This document shows positions 1 through 12,750 of a stretch of 64,000 nucleotides of DNA, one piece after another. The stretch lies in NCBI GenBank assembly GCA_964247055.1, contig OZ176051.1, forward strand, positions 868,001-932,000, written 5' to 3'. Both the position numbers and the translations under genes were made by a program. Below the pieces are notes generated by a model. The model was given only the letters and a program-made list of their open reading frames with translations. It searched no databases and was not told the origin of the DNA. Origin of the DNA: Paragordius varius. Its lineage: Eukaryota; Animalia; Nematomorpha. Within the stretch, counting starts at the first letter, position 1. The number at the start of each line of letters is the position of its first letter.

Positions 1-547
1 ATATTGGTCACCGGTGAACAAAATTATTTTTTATACATTCTCTTAGTAAGACTACATCAAAATATAGAAATAGTTTGACAAATTCTTTCATATCCGATTT
101 TTACAACGATACTTTAAAAATTAATGTATAAAACTAGTCGGATCAATACTCAAGCTAAACTTTGTTCTTAAAAATCGGATATTGTTCACCGGTGAGCAAA
201 ATTATTTTTTATACATTCTCTTAGCAAGACTACATCAAAATATAGAGATAGTTTGACAAACTCTTTCATATCCGATTTTTACAACGATATTTAAAAATTA
301 ATATATAAAACTAGTCGTATCAATAAATCGCATACACACTCAAGTTAAACTTTGTCCTTAAAAATCGGATATTGGTCAACCGGTGAACAAAATTATTTTT
401 TATACATTCTCTTAGTAGGACTACATCAAAATATAGAGATAGTTTGGCAAACTCTTTCATATCCGATTTTTACAACGATACTTTAAAAATTAATGTATAA
501 AACTAGTCGCATCAATACTCAACTTAAACTTTGTCCTTAAAAATCGG

Positions 548-725
548 ATATTGGTCACCGGTGAACAAAATTATTTTTTATACATTCTCTTAGCAAGACT
601 ACATCAAAATATAGAAATAGTTTGACAAATTCTTTCATATCCGATTTTTACAACGATACTTTAAAAATTAATGTATAAAACTAGTCGCATCAATACTCAA
701 GTTAAACTTTGTCCTTAAAAATCGG
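548..725 (+). repeat. Representative short (178-bp) monomer
   Basis: Start 548, next start 726. Matches the consensus apart from single-base variants. Confidence 0.95.
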
Positions 726-1082
726 ATATTGGTCACCGGTGAACAAAATTATTTTATTTACATTCTCTTAGTAAGACTACATCAAAATATAGAAATAGTT
801 TGACAAACTCTTTCATATCCGATTTTTACAACGATACTTTAAAAATTAATGTATTAAACTAGTCGCATCAATACTCAAGTTAAACTTTGTCTATTAAAAA
901 TCGGATATTGGTCACCGGTGAACAAAATTATTTTTTATACATTCTCTTAGTAAGACTACATCAAAATATAAAAATAGTTTGACAAATTCTTTCATATCCG
1001 ATTTTTACAACGATACTTTAAAAATTAATGTATTAAACTAGTCGCATCAATACTCAAGTTAAACTTTGTCCTTAAAAATCAG

Positions 1083-1273
1083 ATATTGGTCACCGGTGAA
1101 CAAAATTATTTTATTTACATTCTCTTAGTAAGACTACATCAAAATATAGAGATAGTTTGACAAACTCTTTTATATCCGATTTTTACAACGATACTTTAAA
1201 AATTAATGTATAAAACTAGGCGTATCAATAAATCGCATCAATACTCAAGTTAAACTTTGTCCTTAAAAATCGG
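1083..1273 (+). repeat. Representative long (191-bp) monomer with 13-bp insertion TATCAATAAATCG
   Basis: Start 1083, next start 1274. Reads ...CTAGGCG TATCAATAAATCG CATCAATACTC where short monomers read ...CTAGTCG CATCAATACTC. Confidence 0.95.
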
Positions 1274-4200
1274 ATATTGGTCACCGGTGAACAAAATTAT
1301 TTTTTATACATTCTCTTAGTAGGACTACATCAAAATATAGAGATAGTTTGGCAAACTCTTTCATATCCGATTTTTACAACGATACTTTAAAAATTAATGT
1401 ATAAAACTAGTCGCATCAATACTCAAGTTAAACTTTGTCTATTAAAAATCGGATATTGGTCACCGGTGAACAAAATTATTTTTTATACATTCTCTTAGTA
1501 AGACTACATCAAAATATAGAAATAGTTTGACAAATTCTTTCATATCCGATTTTTACAACGATACTTTAAAAATTAATGTATTAAACTAGTCGCATCAATA
1601 CTCAACTTAAACTTTGTCCTTGAAAATCGGATATTGGTCACCGGTGAACAAAATTATTTTTTATATATTCTCTTAGCAAGACTACATCAAAATATAGAGA
1701 TAGTTTGACAAACTTTTTCATATCCGATTTTTACATCGATTCTTTAAAAATTATGGTATTAAACCAGTCGCATCAATACTCAAGTTAAACATTGTCCTTA
1801 AAAATCGGATATTGGTCACCGGTGAACAAAACTATTTTTTATACATTCTCTTAGTAAGACTACATCGAAATATAGAGATAGTTTGACAAACTCTTTCATA
1901 TCCGATTTTTACAACGATACTTTAAAAATTAATGTATAAAACTAGTCGTATCAATAAATCGCATCAATACTCAAGTTAAACTTTCTCCTTAAAAATCGGA
2001 TATTGGTCACCGGTGAACAAAATTGTTTTTTATACATTCTCTTAGTAGGACTACATCAAAATATAGAGATAGTTTGGCAAACTCTTTCATATCCGATTTT
2101 TACAACGATATTTAAAAATTAATGTATAAAACTAGTCGCATCAATACTCAAGTTAAACTTTGTCCTTAAAAATCGGATATTGGTCACCGGTGAACAAAAT
2201 TATTTTTTATACATTCTCTTAGTAGGACTACATCAAAATATAGAGATAGTTTGGCAAACTCTTTCATATCCGATTTTTACAACGATACTTTAAAAATTAA
2301 TGTATAAAACTAGTCGCATCAATACTCAAGTTAAACTTTGTCCTTAAAAATGGGATATTGGTCACCGGTGAACAAAATTATTTTTTATACATTCTCTTAG
2401 TAAGACTACATCAAAATATAGAAATAGTTTGACAAATTCTTTCATATCCGATTTTTACAACGATACTTTAAAAATTAATGTATTAAACTAGTCGCATCAA
2501 TACTCAAGTTAAACTTTGTCCTTAAAAATCGGATATTGTTCACCGGTGAACAAAATTATTTTTTATACATTCTCTTAGCAAGTCTACATCAAAATATAGA
2601 GATAGTTTGACAAACTCTTTCATATCCGATTTTTACAACGATATTTAAAAATTAATATATAAAACTAGTCGTATCAATAAATCGCATACACACTCAAGTT
2701 AAACTTTGTCCTTAAAAATCGGATATTGGTCAACCGGTGAACAAAATTATTTTTTATACATTCTCTTAGTAGGACTACATCAAAATATAGAGATAGTTTG
2801 GCAAACTCTTTCATATCCGATTTTTACAACGATACTTTAAAAATTAATGTATAAAACTAGTCGCATCAATACTCAAGTTAAACTTTGTCCTTAAAAATGG
2901 GATATTGGTCACCGGTGAATAAAATTATTTTTTATACATTCTCTTAGTAAGACTACATCAAAATATAGAAATAGTTTGACAAATTCTTTCATATCCGATT
3001 TTTACAACGATACTTTAAAAATTAATGTATTAAACTAGTCGCATCAATACTCAACTTAAACTTTGTCCTTAAAAATCGGATATTGGTCACCGGTGAACAA
3101 AATTATTTTTTATACATTCTCTTAGCAAGACTACATCAAAATATAGAAATAGTTTGACAAATTCTTTCATATCCGATTTTTACAACGATACTTTAAAAAT
3201 TAATGTATAAAACTAGTCGCCTCAATACTCAAGTTAAACTTTGTCCTTAAAAATCGGATATTGGTCACCGGTGAACAAAATTATTTTATTTACATTCTCT
3301 TAGTAAGACTACATCAAAATATAGAAATAGTTTGACAAACTCTTTCATATCCGATTTTTACAACGATACTTTAAAAATTAATGTATTAAACTAGTCGCAT
3401 CAATACACAAGTTAAACTTTGTCCTTAAAAATCGGATGTTCACCGGTGAACAAAATTATTTTTTATACATTCTCTTAGCAAGATTACATCAGAATATAGA
3501 GATAGTTTGACAATTTCTTTCATATCCGATTTATACAACGATACTTTAAAAATTAATGTATAAAACTAGTCGCATCAATACTCAAGCTAAACTTTGTCCT
3601 TAAAAATGGGATATTGGTCACCGGTGAATAAAATTATTTTTTATACATTCTCTTAGTAAGACTACATCAAAATATAGAAATAGTTTGACAAATTCTTTCA
3701 TATCCGATTTTTACAACGATACTTTAAAAATTAATGTATAAAACTAGTCGCCTCAATACTCAAGTTAAACTTTGTCCTTAAAAATCGGATATTGGTCACC
3801 GGTGAACAAAATTATTTTATTTACATTCTCTTAGTAAGACTACATCAAAATATAGAAATAGTTTGACAAACTCTTTCATATCCGATTTTTACAACGATAC
3901 TTTAAAAATTAATGTATTAAACTAGTCGCATCAATACACAAGTTAAACTTTGTCCTTAAAAATCGGATGTTCACCGGTGAACAAAACTATTTTTTATACA
4001 TCTTAGTAAGACTACATCAAAATATAGAGATAGTTTGACAAACTCTTTCATATCCGATTTTTACAACGATATTTAAAAATTAATATATAAAACTAGTCGT
4101 ATCAATAAATCGCATACATACTCAAGTTAAACTTTGTCCTTAAAAATCGGATATTGGTCACCGGTGAACAAAATTATTTTTTATACATTCTCTTAGTAAG

Positions 4201-5046
4201 ACTACATCAAAATATAGAAATAGTTTGACAAATTCTTTCATATCCGATTTTTACAACAATACTTTAAAAATTAATGTATAAAACTAGTCGGATCAATACT
4301 CAAGCTAAACTTTGTTCTTAAAAATCGGATATTGTTCACCGGTGAGCAAAATTATTTTTTATACATTCTCTTAGCAAGACTACATCAAAATATAGAGATA
4401 GTTTGACAAACTCTTTCATATCCGATTTTTACAACGATATTTAAAAATTAATATATAAAACTAGTCGCATCAATACTCAAGCTAAACATTGTCCTTAAAA
4501 ATCGGATATTGGTCACCGGTGAACAAAACTATTTTTTATACATCTTAGTAAGACTACATCAAAATATAGAGATAGTTTGACAATTTCTTTCATATCCGAT
4601 TTTTACAACGATACTTTAAAAATTAATATATAAAACTAGTCGTATCAATAAATCGCATACATACTCAAGTTAAACTTTGTCCTTAAAAATCGGATATTGG
4701 TCACCGGTGAACAAAATTATTTTTTATACATTCTCTTAGGACTACATCAAAATATAGAAATAGTTTGACAAACTCTTTCATATGCGATTTTTACAACGAT
4801 ACTTTAAAAATTAATGTATTAAACTAGTCGCATCAATACTCAAGCTAAACATTGTCCTTAAAAATCGGATATTGGTCACCGGTGAACAAAATTATTTTTT
4901 ATACATTCTCTTAGCAAGACTACATCAGAATATAGAGATAGTTTGACAATTTCTTTCATATCCGATTTTTACAACGATACTTTAAAAATTAATGTATAAA
5001 ACTAGTCGCATCAATACTCAAGCTAAACATTGTCCTTAAAAATCGG

Positions 5047-8000
5047 ATATTGGTCACCGGTGAACAAAACTATTTTTTATACATCTTAGTAAGACTACAT
5101 CAAAATATAGAGATAGTTTGACAAACTCTTTCATATCCGATTTTTACAACGATATTTAAAAATTAATATATAAAACTAGTCGTATCAATAAATCGCATAC
5201 ATACTCAAGTTAAACTTTGTCCTTAAAAATCGGATATTGGTCACCGGTGAACAAAATTATTTTTTATACATTCTCTTAGGACTACATCAAAATATAGAAA
5301 TAGTTTGACAAACTCTTTCATATGCGATTTTTACAATGATACTTTAAAAATTAATGTATTAAACTAGTCGCATCAATACTCAAGCTAAACATTGTCCTTA
5401 AAAATCGGATATTGGTCACCGGTGAACAAAACTATTTTTTATACATTCTCTTAGTAAGACTACATCGAAATATAGAGATAGTTTGACAAACTCTTTCATA
5501 TCCGATTTTTACAATGATACTTTAAAAATTAATGTATAAAACTAGTCGTATCAATAAATCGCATCAATACTCAAGTTAAACTTTCTCGTTAAAAATCGGA
5601 TATTGGTCACCGGTGAACAAAATTATTTTTTATACATTCTCTTAGTAGGACTACATCAAAATATAGAGATAGTTTGGCAAACTCTTTCATATCCGATTTC
5701 TACAACGATACTTTAAAAATTAATGTATAAAACTAGTCGCATCAATACTCAAGTTAAACTTTGTCCTTAAAATCGGATATTGTTCACCGGTGAACAAAAT
5801 TATTTTTTATACATTCTCTTAGCAAGACTACATCAAAATATAGAGATAGTTTGACAAATTCTTTCATATCCGATTTTTACAACGATACTTTAAAAATAAA
5901 AGTATAAAACTAGGCGTATCAATAAATCGCATCAATACTCAAGTTAAACTTTGTCCTTAAAAATCGGATATTGGTCACCGGTGAACAAAATTATTTTTTA
6001 TACATTCTCTTAGTAAGACTTCATCAAAATATAGAAATAGTTTGACAAACTCTTTCATATCCGATTTTTACAACGATACTTTAAAAATTAATGTGTTAAA
6101 CTAGTCGCATCCATACTCAAGTTAAACTTTGTCCTTAAAAATCGGATATTGGTCACCGGTGAACAAAATTATTTTTTATACATTCTCTTAGTAAGACCAA
6201 AATATGGAGATAGTTTGACAAACTATTTCATATCCGATTTTTACAACGATACTTTAAAAATTATGGTATTAAACTAGTCGCATCAATACTCAAGTTAAAC
6301 TTTGTCCTTAAAAATCGGATATTGTTCACCGGTGAACAAAATTATTTTTTATACATTCTCTTAGCAAGTCTACATCAAAATATAGAGATAGTTTGACAAA
6401 CTCTTTCATATCCGATTTTTACAACGATATTTAAAAATTAATATATAAAACTAGTCGTATCAATAAATCGCATACACACTCAAGTTAAACTTTGTCCTTA
6501 AAAATCGGATATTGGTCAACCGGTGAACAAAATTATTTTTTATACATTCTCTTAGTAGGACTACATCAAAATATAGAGATAGTTTGGCAAACTCTTTCAT
6601 ATCCGATTTTTACAACGATACTTTAAAAATTAATGTATAAAACTAGTCGCATCAATACTCAAGTTAAACTTTGTCCTTAAAAATGGGATATTGGTCACCG
6701 GTGAACAAAATTATTTTTTATACATTCTCTTAGTAAGACTACATCAAAATATAGAAATAGTTTGACAAATTCTTTCATATCCGATTTTTACAACGATACT
6801 TTAAAAATTAATGTATTAAACTAGTCGCATCAATACTCAACTTAAACTTTGTCCTTAAAAATCGGATATTGGTCACCGGTGAACAAAATTATTTTTTATA
6901 CATTCTCTTAGCAAGACTACATCAAAATATAGAAATAGTTTGACAAATTCTTTCATATCCGATTTTTACAACGATACTTTAAAAATTAATGTATAAAACT
7001 AGTCGCCTCAATACTCAAGTTAAACTTTGTCCTTAAAAATCGGATATTGGTCACCGGTGAACAAAATTATTTTATTTACATTCTCTTAGTAAGACTACAT
7101 CAAAATATAGAAATAGTTTGACAAACTCTTTCATATCCGATTTTTACAACGATACTTTAAAAATTAATGTATTAAAATAGTCGCATCAATACACAAGTTA
7201 AACTTTGTCCTTAAAAATCGGATGTTCACCGGTGAACAAAATTATTTTTTATACATTCTCTTAGCAAGACTACATCAGAATATAGAGATAGTTTGACAAT
7301 TTCTTTCATATCCGATTTTTACAACGATACTTTAAAAATTAATGTATAAAACTAGTCGCATCAATACTCAAGCTAAACATTGTCCTTAAAAATCGGATAT
7401 TGGTCACCGGTGAACAAAACTATTTTTTATACATCTTAGTAAGACTACATCAAAATATAGAGATAGTTTGACAAACTCTTTCATATCCGATTTTTACAAC
7501 GATATTTAAAAATTAATATATAAAACTAGTCGTATCAATAAATCGCATACATACTCAAGTTAAACTTTGTCCTTAAAAATCGGATATTGGTCACCGGTGA
7601 ACAAAATTATTTTTTATACATTCTCTTAGTAAGACTACATCAAAATATAGAAATAGTTTGACAAATTCTTTCATATCCGATTTTTACAACAATACTTTAA
7701 AAATTAATGTATAAAACTAGTCGCATCAATACTCAAGCTAAACATTGTCCTTAAAAATCGGATATTGGTCACCGGTGAACAAAATTATTTTTTATACATT
7801 CTCTTAGCAAGACTACATCAGAATATAGAGATAGTTTGACAATTTCTTTCATATCCGATTTTTACAACGATACTTTAAAAATTAATGTATAAAACTAGTC
7901 GCATCAATACTCAAGCTAAACATTGTCCTTAAAAATCGGATATTGGTCACCGGTGAACAAAACTATTTTTTATACATCTTAGTAAGACTACATCAAAATA

Positions 8001-10670
8001 TAGAGATAGTTTGACAAACTCTTTCATATCCGATTTTTACAACGATATTTAAAAATTAATATATAAAACTAGTCGTATCAATAAATCGCATACATACTCA
8101 AGTTAAACTTTGTCCTTAAAAATCGGATATTGGTCACCGGTGAACAAAATTATTTTTTATACATTCTCTTAGGACTACATCAAAATATAGAAATAGTTTG
8201 ACAAACTCTTTCATATGCGATTTTTACAACGATACTTTAAAAATTAATGTATTAAACTAGTCGCATCAATACTCAAGCTAAACATTGTCCTTAAAAATCG
8301 GATATTGGTCACCGGTGAACAAAACTATTTTTTATACATTCTCTTAGTAAGACTACATCGAAATATAGAGATAGTTTGACAAACTCTTTCATATCCGATT
8401 TTTACAATGATACTTTAAAAATTAATGTATAAAACTAGTCGTATCAATAAATCGCATCAATACTCAAGTTAAACTTTCTCGTTAAAAATCGGATATTGGT
8501 CACCGGTGAACAAAATTATTTTTTATACATTCTCTTAGTAGGACTACATCAAAATATAGAGATAGTTTGGCAAACTCTTTCATATCCGATTTCTACAACG
8601 ATACTTTAAAAATTAATGTATAAAACTAGTCGCATCAATACTCAAGTTAAACTTTGTCCTTAAAATCGGATATTGTTCACCGGTGAACAAAATTATTTTT
8701 TATACATTCTCTTAGCAAGACTACATCAAAATATAGAGATAGTTTGACAAATTCTTTCATATCCGATTTTTACAACGATACTTTAAAAATAAAAGTATAA
8801 AACTAGGCGTATCAATAAATCGCATCAATACTCAAGTTAAACTTTGTCCTTAAAAATCGGATATTGGTCACCGGTGAACAAAATTATTTTTTATACATTC
8901 TCTTAGTAAGACTTCATCAAAATATGGAGATAGTTTGACAAACTATTTCATATCCGATTTTTACAACGATACTTTAAAAATTATGGTATTAAACCAGTCG
9001 CATCAATACTCAAGTTAAACTTTGTCCTTAAAAATCGGATATTGTTCACCGGTGAGCAAAATTATTTTTTATACATTCTCTTAGCAAGACTACATCAAAA
9101 TATAGAGATAGTTTGACAAACTCTTTCATATCCGATTTTTACAACGATATTTAAAAATTAATATATAAAACTAGTCGCATCAATACTCAAGTTAAACTTT
9201 ATCCTTAAAAATCGGATATTGGTCACCGGTGAACAAAATTATTTTTTATACATTCTCTTAGCAAGACTACATCAGAATATAGAGATAGTTTGACAATTTC
9301 TTTCATATCCGATTTTTACAACGATACTTTAAAAATTAATGTATAAAACTAGTCGCATCAATACTCAAGCTAAACATTGTCCTTAAAAATCGGATATTGG
9401 TCACCGGTGAACAAAACTATTTTTTATACATCTTAGTAAGACTACATCAAAATATAGAGATAGTTTGACAAACTCTTTCATATCCGATTTTTACAACGAT
9501 ATTTAAAAATTAATATATAAAACTAGTCGTATCAATAAATCGCATACATACTCAAGTTAAACTTTGTCCTTAAAAATCGGATATTGGTCACCGGTGAACA
9601 AAATTATTTTTTATACATTCTCTTAGGACTACATCAAAATATAGAAATAGTTTGACAAACTCTTTCATATGCGATTTTTACAACGATACTTTAAAAATTA
9701 ATGTATTAAACTAGTCGCATCAATACTCAAGCTAAACATTGTCCTTAAAAATCGGATATTGGTCACCGGTGAACAAAACTATTTTTTATACATTCTCTTA
9801 GTAAGAGTACATCGAAATATAGAGATAGTTTGACAAACTCTTTCATATCCGATTTTTACAATGATACTTTAAAAATTAATGTATAAAACTAGTCGTATCA
9901 ATAAATCGCATCAATACTCAAGTTAAACTTTCTCGTTAAAAATCGGATATTGGTCACCGGTGAACAAAATTATTTTTTATACATTCTCTTAGTAGGACTA
10001 CATCAAAATATAGAGATAGTTTGGCAAACTCTTTCATATCCGATTTCTACAACGATACTTTAAAAATTAATGTATAAAACTAGTCGCATCAATACTCAAG
10101 TTAAACTTTGTCCTTAAAATCGGATATTGTTCACCGGTAAACAAAATTATTTTTTATACATTCTCTTAGCAAGACTACATCAAAATATAGAGATAGTTTG
10201 ACAAATTCTTTCATATCCGATTTTTACAACGATACTTTAAAAATAAAAGTATAAAACTAGGCGTATCAATAAATCGCATCAATACTCAAGTTAAACTTTG
10301 TCCTTAAAAATCGGATATTGGTCACCGGTGAACAAAATTATTTTTTATACATTCTCTTAGTAAGACTTCATCAAAATATAGAAATAGTTTGACAAACTCT
10401 TTCATATCCGATTTTTACAACGATACTTTAAAAATTAATGTGTTAAACTAGTCGCATCCATACTCAAGTTAAACTTTGTCCTTAAAAATCGGATATTGGT
10501 CACCGGTGAACAAAATTATTTTTTATACATTCTCTTAGTAAGACCAAAATATGGAGATAGTTTGACAAACTATTTCATATCCGATTTTTACAACGATACT
10601 TTAAAAATTATGGTATTAAACCAGTCGCATCAATACTCAAGTTAAACTTTGTCCTTAAAAATCGGATATT
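5047..10670 (+). repeat. Three related copies of a monomer cassette (starts 5047, 7940, 9394; spacings 2893 and 1454 bp)
   Basis: Shared rare variants GATTTCTAC (C at 5700, 8593, 10047), TTCTCGTT, AAATAAAAGT and AGACTTCATC. The unit 7940-9393 is 8 monomers (187+175+191+177+191+178+177+178 = 1454). Confidence 0.85.
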
Positions 10671-12750
10671 GGTCACCGGTGAACAAAATTATTTTTTATA
10701 CATTCTCTTAGTAAGACTACATCAAAATATAGAGATAGTTTGACAAACTCTTTTATATCCGATTTTTACAACGATACTTTAAAAATTAATGTATAAAACT
10801 AGTCGCATCAATACTCAAGTTAAACTTTATCCTTAAAAATCAGATATTGGTCACCGGTGAACAAAATAATTGTTTATACATTCTCTTAGTAAGAGTACAT
10901 ATAAAAATATAGAGATATTTTGACAAACTCTTACATATCCGATTTTTACAACGATACTTTAAAAATAAATGTATAAAACTAGGCGTATCAATAAATCGCA
11001 TCAATACTCAAGTTAAACTTTGTCCTTAAAAATCGGATATTGGTCACCGGTGAACAAAATTATTTTTTATACATTCTCTTAGTAGGACGACTACATCAAA
11101 ATATAGAGATAGTTTGGCAAACTGTTTCATATCCGATTTTTACAACGATACTTTAAAAATTAATGTATAAAACTAGTCGCATCAATACTCAAGTTAAACT
11201 TTGTCCTTAAAAATCGAATATTGGTCACCGGTGAACAAAATAATTTTTTACACATTCTCTTAGGACTACATCAAAATATATAAATAGTTTGACAAACTCT
11301 TTCATATGCGATTTTTACAACGATACTTTATAAATTAATGTATTAAACTAGTCGCATCAATACTCAAGCTAAACATTGTCCTTAAAAATCGGATATTGGT
11401 CACCGGTGAACAAAACTATTTTTTATACATTCTCTTATTAAGACTACATCGAAATATAGAGATAGTTTGACAAACTCTTTCATATCCGATTTTTACAATG
11501 ATACTTTAAAAATTAATGTATAAAACTAGTCGTATCAATACTTAAGTTAAACTTTGTCCTTAAAATCGGATATTGTTCACCGGTGAACAAAATTATTTTT
11601 TATACATTCTCTTAGCAAGACTACATCAAAATATAGAGATAGTTTGACAAATTCTTTCATATCCGATTTTTACAACGATACTTTAAAAATAAATGTATTA
11701 AACTAGTCGCATCAATACTCAAGTTAAACTTTCTCGTTAAAAATCGGATATTGGTCACCGGTGAACAAAATTATTTTTTATACATTCTCTTAGTAGGACT
11801 ACATCAAAATATAGAGATCGTTTGGCAAACTCTTTCATATCCGATTTTTACAACGATACTTTAAAAATTAATGTATAAAACTAGTCGCATCAATACTTAA
11901 GTTAAACTTTGTCCTTAAAATCGGATATTGTTCACCGGTGAACAAAATTATTTTTTATACATTCTCTTAGCAAGACTACATCAAAATATAGAGATAGTTT
12001 GACAAATTCTTTCATATCCGATTTTTACAACGATACTTTAAAAATAAATGTATAAAACTAGGCGTATCAATAAATCGCATCAATACTCAAGTTAAACTTT
12101 GTCCTTAAAAATCGGATATTGGTCACCGGTGAACAAAATTATTTTTTATACATTCTCTTAGTAAGACTTCATCAAAATATAGAAATAGTTTGACAAACTC
12201 TTTCATATCCGATTTTTACAACGATACTTTAAAAATTAATGTGTTAAACTAGTCGCATCCATACTCAAGTTAAACTTTGTCCTTAAAAATCGGATATTGG
12301 TCACCGGTGAACAAAATTATTTTTTATACATTCTCTTAGTAAGACCAAAATATGGAGATAGTTTGAACTCTTTCATATCCGATTTTTACAACGATACTTT
12401 AAAAATTATGGTATTAAACCAGTCGCATCAATACTCAAGTTAAACTTTGTCCTTAAAAATCGGATATTGGTCACCGGTGAACAAAATTATTTTTTATACA
12501 TTCTCTTAGTAAGACTACATCAAAATATAGAGATAGTTTGACAAACTCTTTTATATCCGATTTTTACAACGATACTTTAAAAATTAATGTATAAAACTAG
12601 TCGCATCAATACTCAAGTTAAACTTTATCCTTAAAAATCAGATATTGGTCACCGGTGAACAAAATAATTGTTTATACATTCTCTTAGTAAGAGTACATAT
12701 AAAAATATAGAGATAGTTTGACAAACTCTTTCATATCCGATTTTTACAAC
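9947..12750 (+). repeat. About 6-monomer block repeated at 1801/1798-bp spacing (9947 vs 11748)
   Basis: Shared order ACTTC/GTGTT/CATCCATA, AGACCAAAATATGG, TTTAT+TCAGAT, GTACATATAAAA (10895 vs 12693). A 3-bp deletion near 12365 explains the 1801 to 1798 shift. Confidence 0.75.

Larger units (their letters stand above)
1..4505 (+). repeat. Block homologous to ~23849-28190 (offset 23847-23848)
   Basis: Same order of rare variants in both places: GGATC+TTGTTCTT, GTGAGC, AATATAAAAATAG (961 vs 24808), TCAGAT, CCTTGAAAA (1621 vs 25468), ACATCGAT. The left copy lacks one 190-bp monomer near 2177 and has a local 531-bp repeat (monomer starts 3258/3789). Confidence 0.85.

Noticed and set aside
121-135. 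TATA-like or -10 promoter motifs (TATAAAA)
   Set aside because: Expected by chance in AT-rich DNA, repeated in most monomers, and with no downstream gene.
1-178. 10-bp phased A/T tracts as an intrinsic curvature signal
   Set aside because: Many A/T runs are present, but I cannot show periodicity above what 72% AT predicts without a Fourier or curvature calculation.
640-654. CENP-B box-like motif on the minus strand (TCCGATTTTTACAAC)
   Set aside because: Only 6 of the 9 essential positions of TTCG-N4-A-N2-CGGG match, which is not distinguishable from chance.
624-713. Monomer derived from an inverted duplication of a half-unit (GACAAA / TTTGTC pair plus the 14-bp inverted motif)
   Set aside because: The order of the two inverted pairs is not mirror-symmetric, and the flanks show only weak A/T-run similarity.
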